Part shown: positions 14,501-28,664 of the stretch, piece by piece | How positions within the stretch are numbered: position 1 is the stretch's first letter | Layout: every line of letters starts with the position of its first letter | Source: Octopus sinensis | Lineage: Eukaryota | Direction: 5' to 3' | Assembly (NCBI RefSeq): GCF_006345805.1 | Contig: NC_043008.1 | Location: forward strand, 46,562,001 to 46,626,000 | Length of the DNA: 64,000 bases | Program-made: the position numbers and the translations under genes | Notes under the pieces: generated by a model | The model's input: only the letters and a program-made list of their open reading frames with translations | The model's database searches: none | What the model was told of the DNA's origin: nothing

Positions 14501-14964
14501 TTTTCGGGGGCGAGGGGGACACCATCACTTCGTTCCCGTCCCTTTTAATTATTCTCTTGAATTTGCTCATATCTTCCAGTCTCACATCTTCGCTTCTTTC
14601 TCTCGTCATCTTGTCTCCATTTCTTCATCAATCTACTTTAAACACTCCATCATTTCTTCCTCAGACGACACAAAGTCTGAAAAAGGATAGTTCACAAAGT
14701 CTGGAGAAGAGTAATTCAATTTTCGCAACTCCTTGCCCGACGCCGCTTCATTAAACAAGAGGGAAAACGTCGCACCGCTAACAGAGCAAAAAACAAGCAA
14801 ACAAAAAACAAACAAACACGTGTATTACTCACATAACCAACAATTCCATTGATAAACATTAAACTGGACATATATATAAATACATATGAGTATATATTGT
14901 GCATGTACGTGTGTATATGCGTGCATTTATATATGTAGAACGATACAAAAATTGAAGGAAAGAA

Positions 14965-15038
<74 letters not shown>

Positions 15039-16730
15039 GTGTGTGTGTATGTGTGAAATACATAATTCGATGAAGAATGAAAGGAAGTAGTGCGAGATAT
15101 ACAGCGTAAACGTCAATGATGGATCTCGTTTTCATCTCTCGAAAGGGAGCCCTTGGAGATATCAATACCATATTGAGCAGTAAGAAAATAGGGAGGAGTC
15201 AAACCGTTAATATCGAAACTTTATTCCTGTCGAGATTTTTTTTTTGTGATGTGATATTTCCTTTTGATGTTTACTTCTTTACATCCAAACAAATTGGCAA
15301 TATTTAATACAGAAAAATACGGCATTATGAGAAATTCATGTATGTCTTTTGCTTCCACAAATATATGTTCTATAATCAATTCCTCATAAAATTCCGCTTC
15401 AAATTTGCCCCTATGTTTCTTTTTAGTGATATTGACTGAAAATTAGCTTCAGCTCAAAAAAGTTTTTCGGGATTGTTGTGTCAAAATATACATTTAATGG
15501 TTTAATATGCAGTTTGAAAATGAATTGTTGTATTTCTGTGTGGGTTGCCTGTGCTTGAACGGCGATTAAATTTGACGTAGATTCAAAATTAATTGAATAA
15601 AAGATGTGGTGAAATAATTTCATTTTCTGCATTATAAGCAACTGGAAGGAATAATAATCGGCCTTCTCACAAATTATGCAAACATTATTAAACAGGCTGT
15701 TTGATTAAGTTACAAGTACTAATTTATAATTTCTTCTGACATGACACAGAACGAACAAAATGTGTTAATTGTATTATTTAAGAGGTGGGAGTGTCATTAA
15801 AATTGTAATTTATACTTGGATTGCCAACGATCTTATTTATCATAAATTTGGAGATGCAAGAATATTGTTAGGAAGCATTTTGAAAGCTGGTGCTTATTAA
15901 TTGAAGGTATTGCGTCAATATCATTAGTGTAATTAGGGGCTAAAGGGGGAAGTAAATTATATCAACAACATTTCCTATGTAAATATCAATATAATAACAT
16001 GTGGGGAGATGTTTTAACTTAAGATATTCTATGTTCTTTAAGCTAAAATTAAAGTGCCTCCCTTACACAAACACATTAGCAGAAATGCTAATTGCTTTCA
16101 ACGAGGAAGTTACAACATTTGAAATGGAAAGTGTGTAATGGTGTTATTGCTTGTAATGTATTAGAACATATTTTCCCCAATAGTTTTCGGTTGAACCAGC
16201 ATCCAGGTGGTGTTTAGTGAACCTAAGATTATGACATCTAGACAAAACATGAGTTGCATTTTTAAACACATGAGATTCAGTCTCAACTTGTGCGATTGTT
16301 TTCTTCTACGAGGGGTGTATAAAAAATTTGAAAGTCTGAAAAAAAAAACATGGGTCAAGATTCCCGATGAAGAAACAATACTTCAAGGCTCAAAGGCGTT
16401 GACGGCTCAAAACTTTTCATACACCCCTTCTATATCCCCCACATGATTAATGTTTTTTTAATGAATTTGGAATATGAAAACTCTATGAAATCGGGTCATG
16501 TATATATTTATGTACATTTCACTTTGTATCTGTTTGTCTCCAACTGCATGAAGATCGGTGTTTGTTTGTTTATAGCCCCATAACCTAGTGGTTCGCCAAA
16601 CACTACCTATAACATAAGTATTATACATTAAAATTAAGTACGACAATCGATATTTTCGACGAAAACCTTTCAAGGTGTTGCTCCCGCAACAGTGATAAAA
16701 ACAAGTAAAAGATAAATGAATATGTGTGTA

Positions 16731-17016
16731 TGTACATTATTTACATTTGACGGATATTTGTCCTCATCTTGTTTGTTGTTAACGCAACGTTTCGGCTGAT
16801 ATACCCTCCAGCCTTCGTCAGGCGTCTTGGGGAAATTTCGAACCTGGCTTCCCATTCATGAGGTAATTTTCGATTTTTATTATTATTATTATTATTATTA
16901 TTGTTGTTGTTGTTGTTCTTGTTCTTGTTCAGGTCACTGCCTGGAATCGAACTCGGAATCTTGGGGTTAGTAGCCCGCTCTCGTAACCATTACACCATAT
17001 GCCCGTGGGCATATAA

Positions 17017-17051
<35 letters not shown>

Positions 17052-17074
17052 TATTATTATTATTGATAATAATG

Positions 17075-17130
<56 letters not shown>

Positions 17131-17268
17131 CAACATCGAAAAATACCTTAGGAATGAGAACCCAGGTTCGAAATTTCCCCAAGACACCTGATGAAGGCTG
17201 GAGGGTATATCAGCCGAAGCAACAAACAAGATGAGGACAAATATCCGTCAAATGTAAATAATGTACAT
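16731..17268. mobile_element. Inverted-repeat unit: tRNA-like head + (AAC/AAT)n + hammerhead motif, folded back on itself
   Basis: Arms 16731-~16900 and ~17090-17268 are reverse complements; centre atatgcccGTgggcatat at 16997-17014; tRNA-like sequence 16932-17004 on the minus strand; hammerhead motif 16782-16825. Confidence 0.75.
16782..16825 (-). ncRNA. Minimal type-I hammerhead ribozyme motif
   Basis: ACGC-CUGACGA-A-GGCUG(gagggtatat)CAGCC-GAAAC-GUU-GCGU: stem I ACGC/GCGU, stem II GGCUG/CAGCC, helix III reduced to the palindrome AACGUU. Confidence 0.7.
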
Positions 17269-18559
17269 AATTCCTCATTTTTAAATATAGATCTGTATGT
17301 GTGTGTGTGTGTAAGAGAGAGAGAGACAGACAGACAGACAGAGAAATACTATTTTGCACATGATTTAGCGTCAGATCTAGATGTAGTATATCGTTGTTTC
17401 AGTTTTCATACGTTTAACGAAAATATTACACGTGGTACGAGCGATTCAGGTTTAAAACAAAAACCAACTTTTATTTCCGATGCTGACTTTATAACATAAT
17501 TACTCTGTATTCTAAATCCAATTCTCTGATAATTGCGCACTATAATTGATCGGCAAATATCGATTTGCAGGAGTCGTTTTGTAACGCGCCATCAGCATTG
17601 ATAAGTGTGTGCCACTAGAATAATCTTGTCTAAGGAGAGTCATTATGCCAATTTTATTAACTACACGCCCAGGTTCAATTCCACTCCTTTATTGTTAGTC
17701 AATTGGTTGAATATCCTACAAACTAATCGATTTGCCTTCATTTAGTTAATCAGTCAGTCAATTGTTTCGTTTTTGCTCGTCAAAGCTCCTTTGTTGCTAC
17801 TTGCAACCTTTTCAATAACTTTAGGCTTCGTCCGTCATGGCAGCCATGTTTGTCTGCTTAGAATCTTGTTGCGTACATATATGTGTGCTTGCTTCTGTGA
17901 TTGTGTATGCATGTATGTATGCGTGCGTACTTCTGCTTCCTTCTGCGTGCGTGTTTCAGTGTGTCGATGCGTATGAGATTCTGTTGATGCATGTGCACCT
18001 TTAATATATATATATGCATGTATATATATATATTTGTTTTTTTTTTTGCGTATGCATATGTATTGATTGTGTGGGTATGGTCATGTGTTTCTGTCTCCTT
18101 GCATGTGTGTCTGCTTTTGTCTGTGTGCCTGTGTGTGATTATCCGTACTACTTATGTAGCCACCTTCTTACTAATATCCCTATCTATCTACCTACCTACC
18201 TACCTACCTACCTACCTACTTACCTACTTATCTACCTACTTACCTATCGACCTATTAGCTTGCTTACCTTCCCATCCATTCTACCTACCTATATAATTAA
18301 CTGAGTAACTAACCATCTATATAACAGACCTAACCACTAAAAACCTACCTACTTACCTACATACGTACCTACCTATTTACCTACTTGACTGCATTCTTAC
18401 AAATGTACCTATGTATGTGTGGATGGTATCTGTGGCATTGCAGCACCCGTACCTCCTATATGTATTTCATATTTAGTATGGGTTGTGTTTAATTTATGAG
18501 AACGTACTCTTGTGGTTGTCTAAGTAGTGCATCTTTTGGGTGTTTGTACAAAATGCGGA

Positions 18560-19500
18560 TATCAATTCAGCCCACTATGCCGCCATGCTGGTCTTTGGAA
18601 TGTTGATAGAGTACAGATGACTGTTTCTTGTCATTATACTCCCTCCAGTATTTGTTTAGCCCCTCCGCTATACTCCTAGAGGTTTCTCCAATGTATGTCG
18701 TATTTCTACCCTTAGAAACTCCTTCTACGCAGCTTATGCTGTAGACTAGTTTTACAGTTAATACTGGGGTTAAACATACATACAACACAGTTCTCTTTAG
18801 TGCACATGGTATTTTAGAAGTCCTACATAACTGTGACCTCATGGAGCACTTTGGATTCTCAACGGTTCTAATATTGAGTGTGATGTCTTTCAGAACCTTC
18901 CTAAATCTACGAGCTAATTTCCCATAGGGTGTGGACTCTTCAAATATCACCCCTTGATATGTATCAGCCGTGTACCATGGGTGTGGAGTCGCGTGGCTTA
19001 GTGGTTTGTATGTTCGACTCATAATCGTAAAATTGTAGTTTCGATTCCTAGACGGGACGACGCGTTGTGTTCTTGAGCAAAGCACTTCGTTCCACGTTAC
19101 TCCAGTCCAGTAAGCTGGCACAAAGGAGTAAACCTGTGTCGGACAGTCGTTCTGTCCAGGTGGTGGAACATATACGTCATGGAAACCGAGTAACCGGCTC
19201 TTATGGGTCGACATGACTAGAGAAGGAAACGTTACCTTTACCTGCACCATGTGTTCACTTTGTTTGCTTTGTCCCAAATCCTCTGTTACTATTCTAGTCT
19301 TCAGTTCGGTACCCACAGCGGGTACCACTGACATCATTATATATGATGTTACGTAAACTCTTTCTGGCTCCTCTCGAATCCTATGTTTCTGATCGTATCC
19401 AGAGAAATGAATTTGTGTGTCTCCTTGTTTCATGGGGTTTGCTTAGCAGAGACACATTGTTCATCAACCTATGTCTGGTATTAGTATGTCAGACACAACG
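18560..19500 (-). mobile_element. Penelope-like element remnant (RT C-terminus/linker + GIY-YIG endonuclease), interrupted by a SINE
   Basis: Translation contains SGYDQKHR (thumb region), GVIFEESTPYGKLARRFR, Cys-rich linker, LVYSISC and YIGETSRS...VLYQHSKDQHGG, typical of PLE GIY-YIG domains. Confidence 0.75.
18985..19243 (+). mobile_element. tRNA-derived SINE (family 3) inserted in the PLE remnant
   Basis: A box TGGCTTAGTGG, B box GTTTCGATTCC, ttacctttacct tail; degenerate target-site duplication (gtaccatgggtgt / gcaccatgtgtt). A short core fragment recurs at ~46355-46405. Confidence 0.7.
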
Positions 19501-20190
19501 AAATTTGTTTCAACACACGAATTTACATAACGAATCTGTTAAACCTGATGCAAAAACCGAAATACAATTGAAATGATTTCTCTGTGTGGGTGTGTATTAA
19601 AAATCAGATCATCGTTTTGGGGAAGTATTTATTGCTTCTGGGTGAAATTTCCATCAAGTAGCCATAAATGCCTGCACCCATTGGCACCTGAGCAGTTTCT
19701 ATCAATGTATCTGTGTTTACGTTGACATTCTACCCAAAGTGTTATTATCAGATTGGTTTGTCTACACATTTTTGCATCTGGTTGTACAGTTAATCACCCA
19801 TTTTGTGAAAACTTCCACCCTGCGAGTACAGCATATCTATGCAATTTAGGAACACAATTCCAACTTCCGCTGCAATTGTTCTTCAGTAACAAGTACATTT
19901 TCGGTTGTTTTTCCTTAACTCCATTCGTTCCTTCTGTGAAAAAAATTACTGACAAATCAAAGAGTTTAGTGTGAAAAAATGCGTTTGCTGCGAGTAATGC
20001 TCATGCGATAAGTGCATCCGTGCCCGTCCACACACACATCCATTCCCATTTTAATTCTATAAAATAAAATCTTATATACTATTGATTGAATAAGCCGTTT
20101 AAGAAAGTTTGAAGTCCCGGTCAACATTAACTCCATATTCAATATTGTGTCATCTATCAGAAAATATTCCATTATTATTCTTAAACTATA

Positions 20191-20534
20191 TAGGCGCAGG
20201 AGTGGATGCGTGGTAAGTAGCTTGCTAACCAACCTCATGGTTCCGGGTTCAGTCCCACTGCGTGGCATCTTGGGCAAGTGTCTTCTGCTATAGCCTCGGG
20301 CCGACCAAAGCCTTGTGAGTGGATTTGGTAGATGGAAACTGAAAGAAGCCTGTTGTATATGTGTATATATGTATGTGTGTGTATATGTTTGTGTGTCTGT
20401 GTTTGTCCCTCTAGCATTGTTTGACAACCGATGCTGGTGTTTTTACGTACCCGTCACGTCTCAGGGTCGATTTGCTCGACTAAAGGCGGTGCACCAGCAT
20501 GGCCGCAGTCAAATGATTGAAACAAGTAAAAGAG
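20191..20534 (+). mobile_element. tRNA-derived SINE (family 1), near full length
   Basis: tRNA-like head (gcgcaggagtggatgcgtggtaag...ggttccgggttcagtccc), ggaaactgaaagaagcc core, internal (TA/TG)n, 3' end aaggcggtgcaccagcatggccgcagtc...aaacaagtaaaaga; several homologues in the window. Confidence 0.8.
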
Positions 20535-20841
20535 TATTTAAAAAATAAGCTCGATTCATCGTTTAAAGAAACACAATAAAAGGTAGGTTGACAGAATTGC
20601 TTTCCAATTGATGCCATTCGCATTGCTTTGGGTGATGCCCGTTATCTTAAGCATTACGTCCAATGTCTTTGGGACACTGTCTCAATTCTTCTTACGTCAG
20701 CGCGATGAGGAAGATAATGTTTACCTTCTTATCCTTAAGGTTGTATTCCTTATTACTTACCGCTAACATGTTACCGCCTGGCTACATGTCTGCCATAATC
20801 TACTCACCTATTAGAAAATTGTGTGCATGTGTGTGTGTGTT

Positions 20842-20882
<41 letters not shown>

Positions 20883-22373
20883 CATTATCTCAACATTAGG
20901 TATTTCAGGAAAAAACAATCATTAGTAAATGGAATGTTGACGAAAGAAAACACCTGATCTGGAAGCTGTCAGGGCTAATGTGTTGTACAAGTAAAACTAC
21001 TTATCGACACATCTTAAAATATATAATAAAACTACACAACGTCTATGATTTGGATTCTGGGAATTCTTTTTGTCACGAATGCATTCTCCTCCATTAAAAG
21101 CATCATTCCAAATGTCATATCTTGCAACATAACACATCTTCACATCTTACTATATTCGAATGTTCTTTTGTATTTTCTTTTATTCTTTTAACATTAAAAA
21201 AGTATTTTGGGGGTTGCATTTCATGATTGCAATTGAAAACATTGACCTTCGGGTAAATTCGAGAAAACCAACATTTTCCTCGGTGGTTCTGTCTCTGAAC
21301 TGCTCATACAAATCAATAAGCAATATTATTCACATTTTATTTCTCTGCTGGTAATACTGATATCGTAGTTGACGGATGACATGCCGCATTTTAAAGGACA
21401 GCATTGGCGAGCATAATTTTATTACGACTTTATTTTTTGTGTTCCGTTTCCATTTATAAAACTTATATCCTGTCAATTTGAACGAAGAAACTCTACCCTT
21501 AAAGGAATTCACTCAACGATTTGTATTTTTTTGGTAAAGTATAGAATTATTGACGGATTCCACTATCCATTCTCCATGTTATTCAAATCCCTAAGGCATT
21601 TCTGACATGTAACTGAATTGAAATTCTCTAATATAACGACAAATTTGGTGAAAGTGGAGGAGTATTTCATAAAGGAGCGCAACGAAAATACTTGAATAAT
21701 AATTAGCTGCAACTAAATAATTAAATAAAACAAATTATATCAGTGTTTTGAATTTGCCGGATAATGTTTGAAGTAATTTAATAATGTTAGATTAATTATA
21801 ATTCCATCAAAATGCACAATCATTTTAAGCAGCTTCTAAAAGAACCCATAAACGAAATATTTAGATTAGTGTAGAGTACCTCTCAGTGTATATTTACTGA
21901 TTAAATTGTGTTTACTCTCCATTAACCACATACATAATGGATGCAAAAAGATTGCCATTGCTTTATATTTGTTTCCTTTAGTTTCATAATTGTGATTATG
22001 AAATGTCTTAAAAGGTCAACTTAATAACTAGTAGTTAATTCATGTTCGTTTTTATATAGATTCTTGCATCGATTTTATTCGTGTACTGAATATATTCAGG
22101 AATCGATTTTATATACACATTTACAATAAATACTTATGCACCGATGGTCCTGCTACACTCCGCCTCCGAATGCAGAAGAAGCTCTTTAGATGTTTCATCG
22201 CCATCCATCACGAAGCCAAAGCTGCTCAAGGCTACCCGCCGATCTGAGCGACAAAATTCCCGACCGAGAAAAGCAATTGGCTTTATTGCGTCACACGTTG
22301 TCCTTCTGAACCTGTTATTTCTATTCCTTTTTGCTGCACCACCCATTCTTTCACTCCTTCTTTCTCTACCCCC

Positions 22374-22418
<45 letters not shown>

Positions 22419-24635
22419 AGCCAGATGTAATGGCGTGCTTTCTCAGTGGCTTCCGATAATTTCCTGGCAAAACCTTTCCTCTCATTTTCAGACTCGTCCA
22501 AGACTCACGAGCACTGATTGACCTCTGGCTCGAACGCATCTTTACCACCAATCTCTACAAGAATACAGATTGTCTCCAATCCAATGCTTTCACTTAGTTC
22601 AGCCAACTTCTGTATTCTTTGCTTTTTTTCTTGAGGTAATCGATGTTCGCTTCCCCCAAAACTGTCATCTCTGACATCATTTCATATTCCTTACCTGAGG
22701 TGAAATTTATCATCAAGGTCAACAGAGGCCTCCTAATTTCACATTCCCTCCCAATTTGATAATCATTCTTACAGTAGCTGACCTACAGCGTTCACCTTTC
22801 CTCCAACACGTAGTCTTCCCATGCTTCATGATTTGAGGATTTTAACTCACTTCAACTTCCCTGAGGATATTATCTTACTAAAACTTGTCGTAAACGGTAA
22901 CAATTTATAATATTATAACGAATGTCTATTCATATATATATTATCAAAATATGGGCTATTTATAACAAATATTTCAGTCAATCAAATCTAGGCAAACTTA
23001 TTTACCACTTGAGTGTTACCAGTTTGTACAATAGCACAACTACAAAATTAAAAGAACTGGAAAAAAATATTAGACTTTGAAATATTCTTCGTCATCAATC
23101 ATACATGAATCACTATTATTTCCATAATTGTATAGAAATGAATCTTAATTTCATTGGCAAAAACATTAAAATGAATATACTTATCTTCCTTCTCATTAGT
23201 GCTTAGCGCTTTATAAGGCAAACTGTTGCAGTTCATTTCTAGATCTGGTGAATATCTTCTGTATAAATAACAGGTGGTTGCTATTTGGCGGAAAGCCAGC
23301 CATCGTGTATTACATCTTTGATAAGAGAATGTGCATGTACCTACATTCTTTATCTTTATGGCAATGTTCTTTTAATGTGCATTTCTACTTCGTATACGTT
23401 CCCTGAGCTATCTATATGCCATTAGAAAATTGATGTGTTAAATGATGAAATAAATCAAAGCGAATTTGTTTTGTAAGAGTATGATTCGGAGGAGGATGCT
23501 AACTGCGGATGAAGCCGGACACTTTGATAGCAATAACAAGACCTCAAACAAAAACACAGTAATAGCTATATTTAGTGAAGATGAGCTCTTCGTTTTAAAT
23601 TTAGATGAAAGGAAAACTTTCACACGACGTATACCATATAGAATATTTCGTTTTGACCGCTGGAACAACTATGATTTACTGTATTTCGTATTTGCGCCCT
23701 CTTTCGCCTGTTGCTTACAGCATATGTTCGACATTTAATACAATATCCTAAAACATATTGATCTTTAATGGCTGAATAATGAACTTCTTTATAACGTTCA
23801 AGATACTTTAATAGTTATAACTCGCCTACATAGAAATTAAAACTTAATTTATTACTTCAGTTAAACGAGGTCAGAAATAAGCCAATCTATTGTAAATCCT
23901 CGATTGTAAGGCTGTTGATGACAGTAAAAATGATCATAGCTACAAAAGATGATTATTTGTCCCTTGTTATAAGAGGAGTATAATTAAAACAATTGATAAC
24001 AAATGCTACCGCCTCTAGACCCCCATCATAAATCTTTTAATCATTTCTCATTCGTTCATCGACGGGTATGGTAAATAAGTCTTGTCAACTGTTGATATCC
24101 CTGGACATGAATAATTTAACTTACAGGTATGTTTTGAAGAATGGAATCACTTGGTTATAGAATCATGTTTACAATATTTTCTACACTACAGTTAATTATT
24201 TTGTAATTTCAGCCAGTTAGCGATAAGAGCTGATGATATAATTTGATAAGGATATTAGTGGAAATATATTGATATTTTTTCAATGACGATATTGTTTGCT
24301 GGCATGCATTGACAAACATCATAAAACTATATATATATATATATATATAGGTTTTGTATTGGCTTTTATATATATATGTATTTATTTATTTAATTGGCTT
24401 ATACATATATGTGTGTGTGTGGTTTTACAGTATAGAAACTCCACAGCTGTCGAAAATCTAACAACGAATTTGGGATTGTACGAATGCTGAGGCTTAGAGT
24501 TAAGCAAATTAGCACATTAACAATTTAGTTTGAGGAAATAATGCAATATAGATGTGATGTAGTTTACAATATGTTTGGGTCTTTGACACACATACGCGCG
24601 TACACTCACACACACACACACACACACACACAATA

Positions 24636-24982
24636 AGCATGGCAGTGTGGTAAAACTTTGGCTTCCCAATATCATGGTTCCGGTTTCAGTTCCACCGCAC
24701 AGCACGGTGCTTTAGACTGGTGTCTTGAATTGGAGCAACAAGCCGATCAACGTCTTTTGGTTGAATTTGGTAGAATGAAACTGAAAGAAGAACGCTGTAT
24801 GTGGTTTGGGTATGTGTGTGTCTTTATGTTACACTCCACTGCTTGAATTTGTGTAGTTTTGGTGGTTTACGTCTCAGTAAAGTAGCGGCACGGCAAAATC
24901 GACGATAGTATAGGCATTTGGCTGAGGTCGACTTATACGAATAAACCCGGCAAGGCAGTGCCCCAGCATGGTCGTGGTCTAA
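24636..24982 (+). mobile_element. SINE family 1, diverged full-length copy
   Basis: Head catggttccggtttcagttcc, core gaaactgaaagaag, tail aaggcagtgccccagcatggtcg...caagtaaaagataa. Confidence 0.65.
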
Positions 24983-26440
24983 TGATGACGCAAGTAAAAG
25001 ATAACTGATTAAAATTTATATGCATATACACGATGAACGTCTGCAAAGATTCTAGTTCCGTAAATGCATTTACAATGTATTATTAAAGAAAACTCACGAA
25101 AATGATATGCTCGAAGGTGGAATCTGCGTTAATATTTCACTGAATCCTTTCCCAATCTTTTCATGCTTGCCTCGTTGATACCGTATACATAATAAGACCT
25201 TTTCCTTTTAACTAGAAGAGCATTTGTGCACTATTTCCTCCCCAAACACTTTTACAATCTCTCACATTTCTTTCATTCTCTTTCAAGACGAAACTTATAA
25301 ACTAAGTTTCATGAAAACTAGATATGGTGAGCTGACAAATTCCTATTCGCCCAACAACCTACTCGTTTGTCAACAGTTTCATTATTGCACATTTCAAATG
25401 TTAGTAAGATTCTTGAAATATGAGCAAAACCTATTTATTCCGAATTACAAGAGAGGATATTTACTTTAAAAGACGAAGCGTATTCAAATAGAATTTTCAT
25501 AATTACGTATCTTGTTGCCAATAATGTTTAATTGAATTGGTGCATTGAACATTTGAGTTCCACCAGAAAAGACAATGCCACGTTAGATACCCGACAGCAG
25601 GATAGATATTGTTCAATGATAAACGTTCACATAAGCAAAAGTGAAATATTATATTTGTAATATATGGCTTTCAGTTTCGTACGAGCATAATTTTTGTAAC
25701 CTATTATTTAACTATATTTATTCGACGGATTTCAACAATTATCAAATCGTACGTACATTCATTGTGTTTACTGGTTGTTCCAAATTGAATAAATCTTTCC
25801 ATGAAGGTTTAGAAAGTATTCACTCACAGATATATTTCTCTCTTTGACAGATGTTGTCAGTAAATTGGCAATGTCTAAATACAATAAAATGTTATACAAT
25901 TTAAATTATTGTACCTAAACAATAGAATCTCATGAATACACGCTCCTTTCGGTTACCGAATCAAGAAAACAGCAAATAGTCATAAAATAATCCATCTTTT
26001 ATGATGGAACAATGAAAATCAATTTAACGACTGCGTTTTGTAATGTTTATTTTGAGGATAAGTGAACTTTGTAACCCATATTCCAGTATAGAACATTTAG
26101 AGTATCATAGCTAAGGAACCGTACACAACATCAGCCAAGGAATGTATTTTGTTCTTCCATTCGCAAAAGTGGCAATGGTATCGACTTCTAGCTTGTCACT
26201 TGCTCTCCGAGGTCTCTACCAGCAAAACTATACAGTCCAGTCATTGTATCGACCGATATTGCAGTCGTTTTATGAGGATATAAAAGCTTTTTCTTTTTAT
26301 ACTTCTGCACAGATATGCGTCAGCATATACGGGAGATAAGCAGTCATACATATCCATTCACATTCTAAATGGAACAATATTTTCCGAATCTATGACAGTA
26401 GACATTCAAACTTAATAAGTCGAGTGACCAGTATCTAGGC

Positions 26441-26671
26441 CAATGTTTCGCAACCGGTGTCCTGCAGTCCATATAAGATTGTTTGGCTAAAATATATGCG
26501 CAATAAGTTAGTTAAGCTTCTACAGTATACAGCATAACTTAACGTTTTTCATACAATTCCTGATAATATTTAAATATAGAAAATAAAAGAATCTCTGAGA
26601 CATCAAATGGTCATCAAATCCTATCCAAATGAAATAGGAATGAAAAGAGGTCTACAGAGAAAGAACCACTG
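26441..26671. mobile_element. hAT/Charlie-type MITE
   Basis: Termini caatgtttcgcaacc ... aaagaaccactg (degenerate CAGTGGTTC TIR) flanked by 8-bp atctaggc / atctagat, matching the NTCTAGAN target of Charlie-type hATs. Confidence 0.6.
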
Positions 26672-27333
26672 ATCTAGATAAACAAAATATGGTTTACTGG
26701 TACATTTAAAATGAACTATTTCTTACAAAGCAAACAAAATTGAACAACATATTAAAAAAAATATTGTAGAAGGGCTAAGCCGAGTGTAACATAAATCAAC
26801 CTTTGATTGGGACATATGTAGAAGTAAAATAAAATATAAAAATGGAAAAAAAAAACCCAAAAAGAAACATTTCGAAATCACAAACAATAATACCTACGTT
26901 TAGTGACTTAGATAAGGTAAATGTTCAAAGTAACTTTTTGCATCATCACTAGGTGTAGCCTTTAAAACTTTAACGGATATAAATGTAGATAGATTGACAG
27001 ATAGACGGACAGTTGATCGATAGATAGATAGATTACCCTACATATTACATTTACCTTGTTGGTTATTATAGCATTTATATTGCCAATTAATGCTCCTGGA
27101 ACAGTAAATTATTTTCCATTCGTTCAGCTCTATAAATGTTTAAGGATTGGTGTTATACTTCTAATGAAATGTATCTCAGGAATGATTAAGCTGATGGTTT
27201 CTGTGCCCTCGTTAGTATGGGGTTAAAAATCTCTTTACAGTTTTGGCGGTTTCAGGGTACAGCGCTGAGTGGGGTTGCTTGCAGAAATACTCCTTCATTT
27301 TCTTTTGTTGTCATATTGTTATTATATATATAT

Positions 27334-27407
<74 letters not shown>

Positions 27408-27984
27408 ATAAAGAAACACATACGCGCACGCTATATAAGAAAAAGGAGAGATAACAGTGAAGTGGTTGTTGTGTTGGTTTTTCGATGAACACGATAATAA
27501 ATAACCATGGAAAATATCAAGAAATAAAGACGATTGCTTTTCCCAATTGAATCCATTTAATACTCTTGCACAATCTGCGTAAAATTTATTTTGCAAAGAT
27601 TTCAGTTGAATTACTTCTTCAGAGTTGACTCCTCTTTTTTTCCTATATCTTATATTTCCAAATTTTCGCACTGGCTATGGTTGTCATAGATTTTCGGATT
27701 AAATACATTATGATATTGGGTTTCTGGCATTTCGAATCCGATCTCCTTTAATCTGAATTGCAGATTTAACCTTCAACATTCAGCTAAACAATTAACGCAG
27801 CCGTCAAGAACAAACTAGTCCAAAGAGACTTCATTGTTTATTCTTATACTTTTGCGTTTCGCCTTTTTTTTTCTTTTATTATAATTCCGAAGGTCACACT
27901 AGAACTATTTAGGGGCTTAGCAATGCGCTTCAGTGTCTATAAATGTATTTTATTAGGTTGGGTGTTGGAAATATCAAACATGCC

Positions 27985-28138
27985 ACAACTGGTTTCAAAT
28001 TTTGGCACAAGGTCAGCAATTTTAGAAGATGTGTAAAATTGGTCTCGGCGAAAGTTTGAACTCAAAATGTAAAGACGGACGAAATGCATCTAAACATTTT
28101 GCCGGGCCTGATAACGATTCTGCCAGCTCGCTGCCTTT
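27985..28138 (-). mobile_element. SINE family 2, internally deleted copy
   Basis: Reverse complement of head (acgattctgccagctcgctgcctt) and B box (tttgaactcaaaatgtaaagacggacgaaatg). Confidence 0.6.
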
Positions 28139-28584
28139 GATCTGACTGACACTGAAAGATAAAATTTACAAAGTAGACGGAGTAATTACTTTCAAGCGAA
28201 TACTATATATACAATAGCAACAGATGTGGAAATCGAAGATCTCTCATTTATGCTGGATACAGGTTTGACAGAATGTACCACTACGGAATTCATTGAGAGC
28301 TAACAAGATAAAAATTTAGCTGTGAATCAGAAAAGGAAACAGCACAGCAAATTCATAATAATTAGGAAAGGAAGTAGATAACATAAAAGATAACAATAGC
28401 AATAGCTGATCACTGACGCCTGGCATTCCGTTGCTAAGAAGTGAGGTTTTATATTATTACTTGTTTAGAAATATTATAAAGATTGAAGTGACTAAATATA
28501 AGAATATAAGAGCAAGACACAGTAACTACCAATCTACTCAGTCATACAAACACAATTCCTGCATATATACACATGCTTACATAC

Positions 28585-28641
<57 letters not shown>

Positions 28642-28664
28642 ATAATATATATATATATATAGGG

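Noticed and set aside
16932-17004. Functional tRNA gene
   Set aside because: Acceptor, anticodon and T stems have several mismatches and it is embedded in a repeat; treated as a tRNA-derived head.
21230-21620. Possible pogo/Tigger transposase remnant (L*NAACHP)
   Set aside because: One partial motif containing a stop; no TIRs found.
22134-22860. ORFs of 70-125 aa and a VEIGGKDA motif resembling LINE ORF1 esterase
   Set aside because: Single weak motif, interrupted by (CT)n, with no supporting domain.
27480-27770. Possible PLE RT fragment (EKQSSLFLDIFHG)
   Set aside because: Only faint similarity to RT subdomain motifs; not distinguishable from chance.
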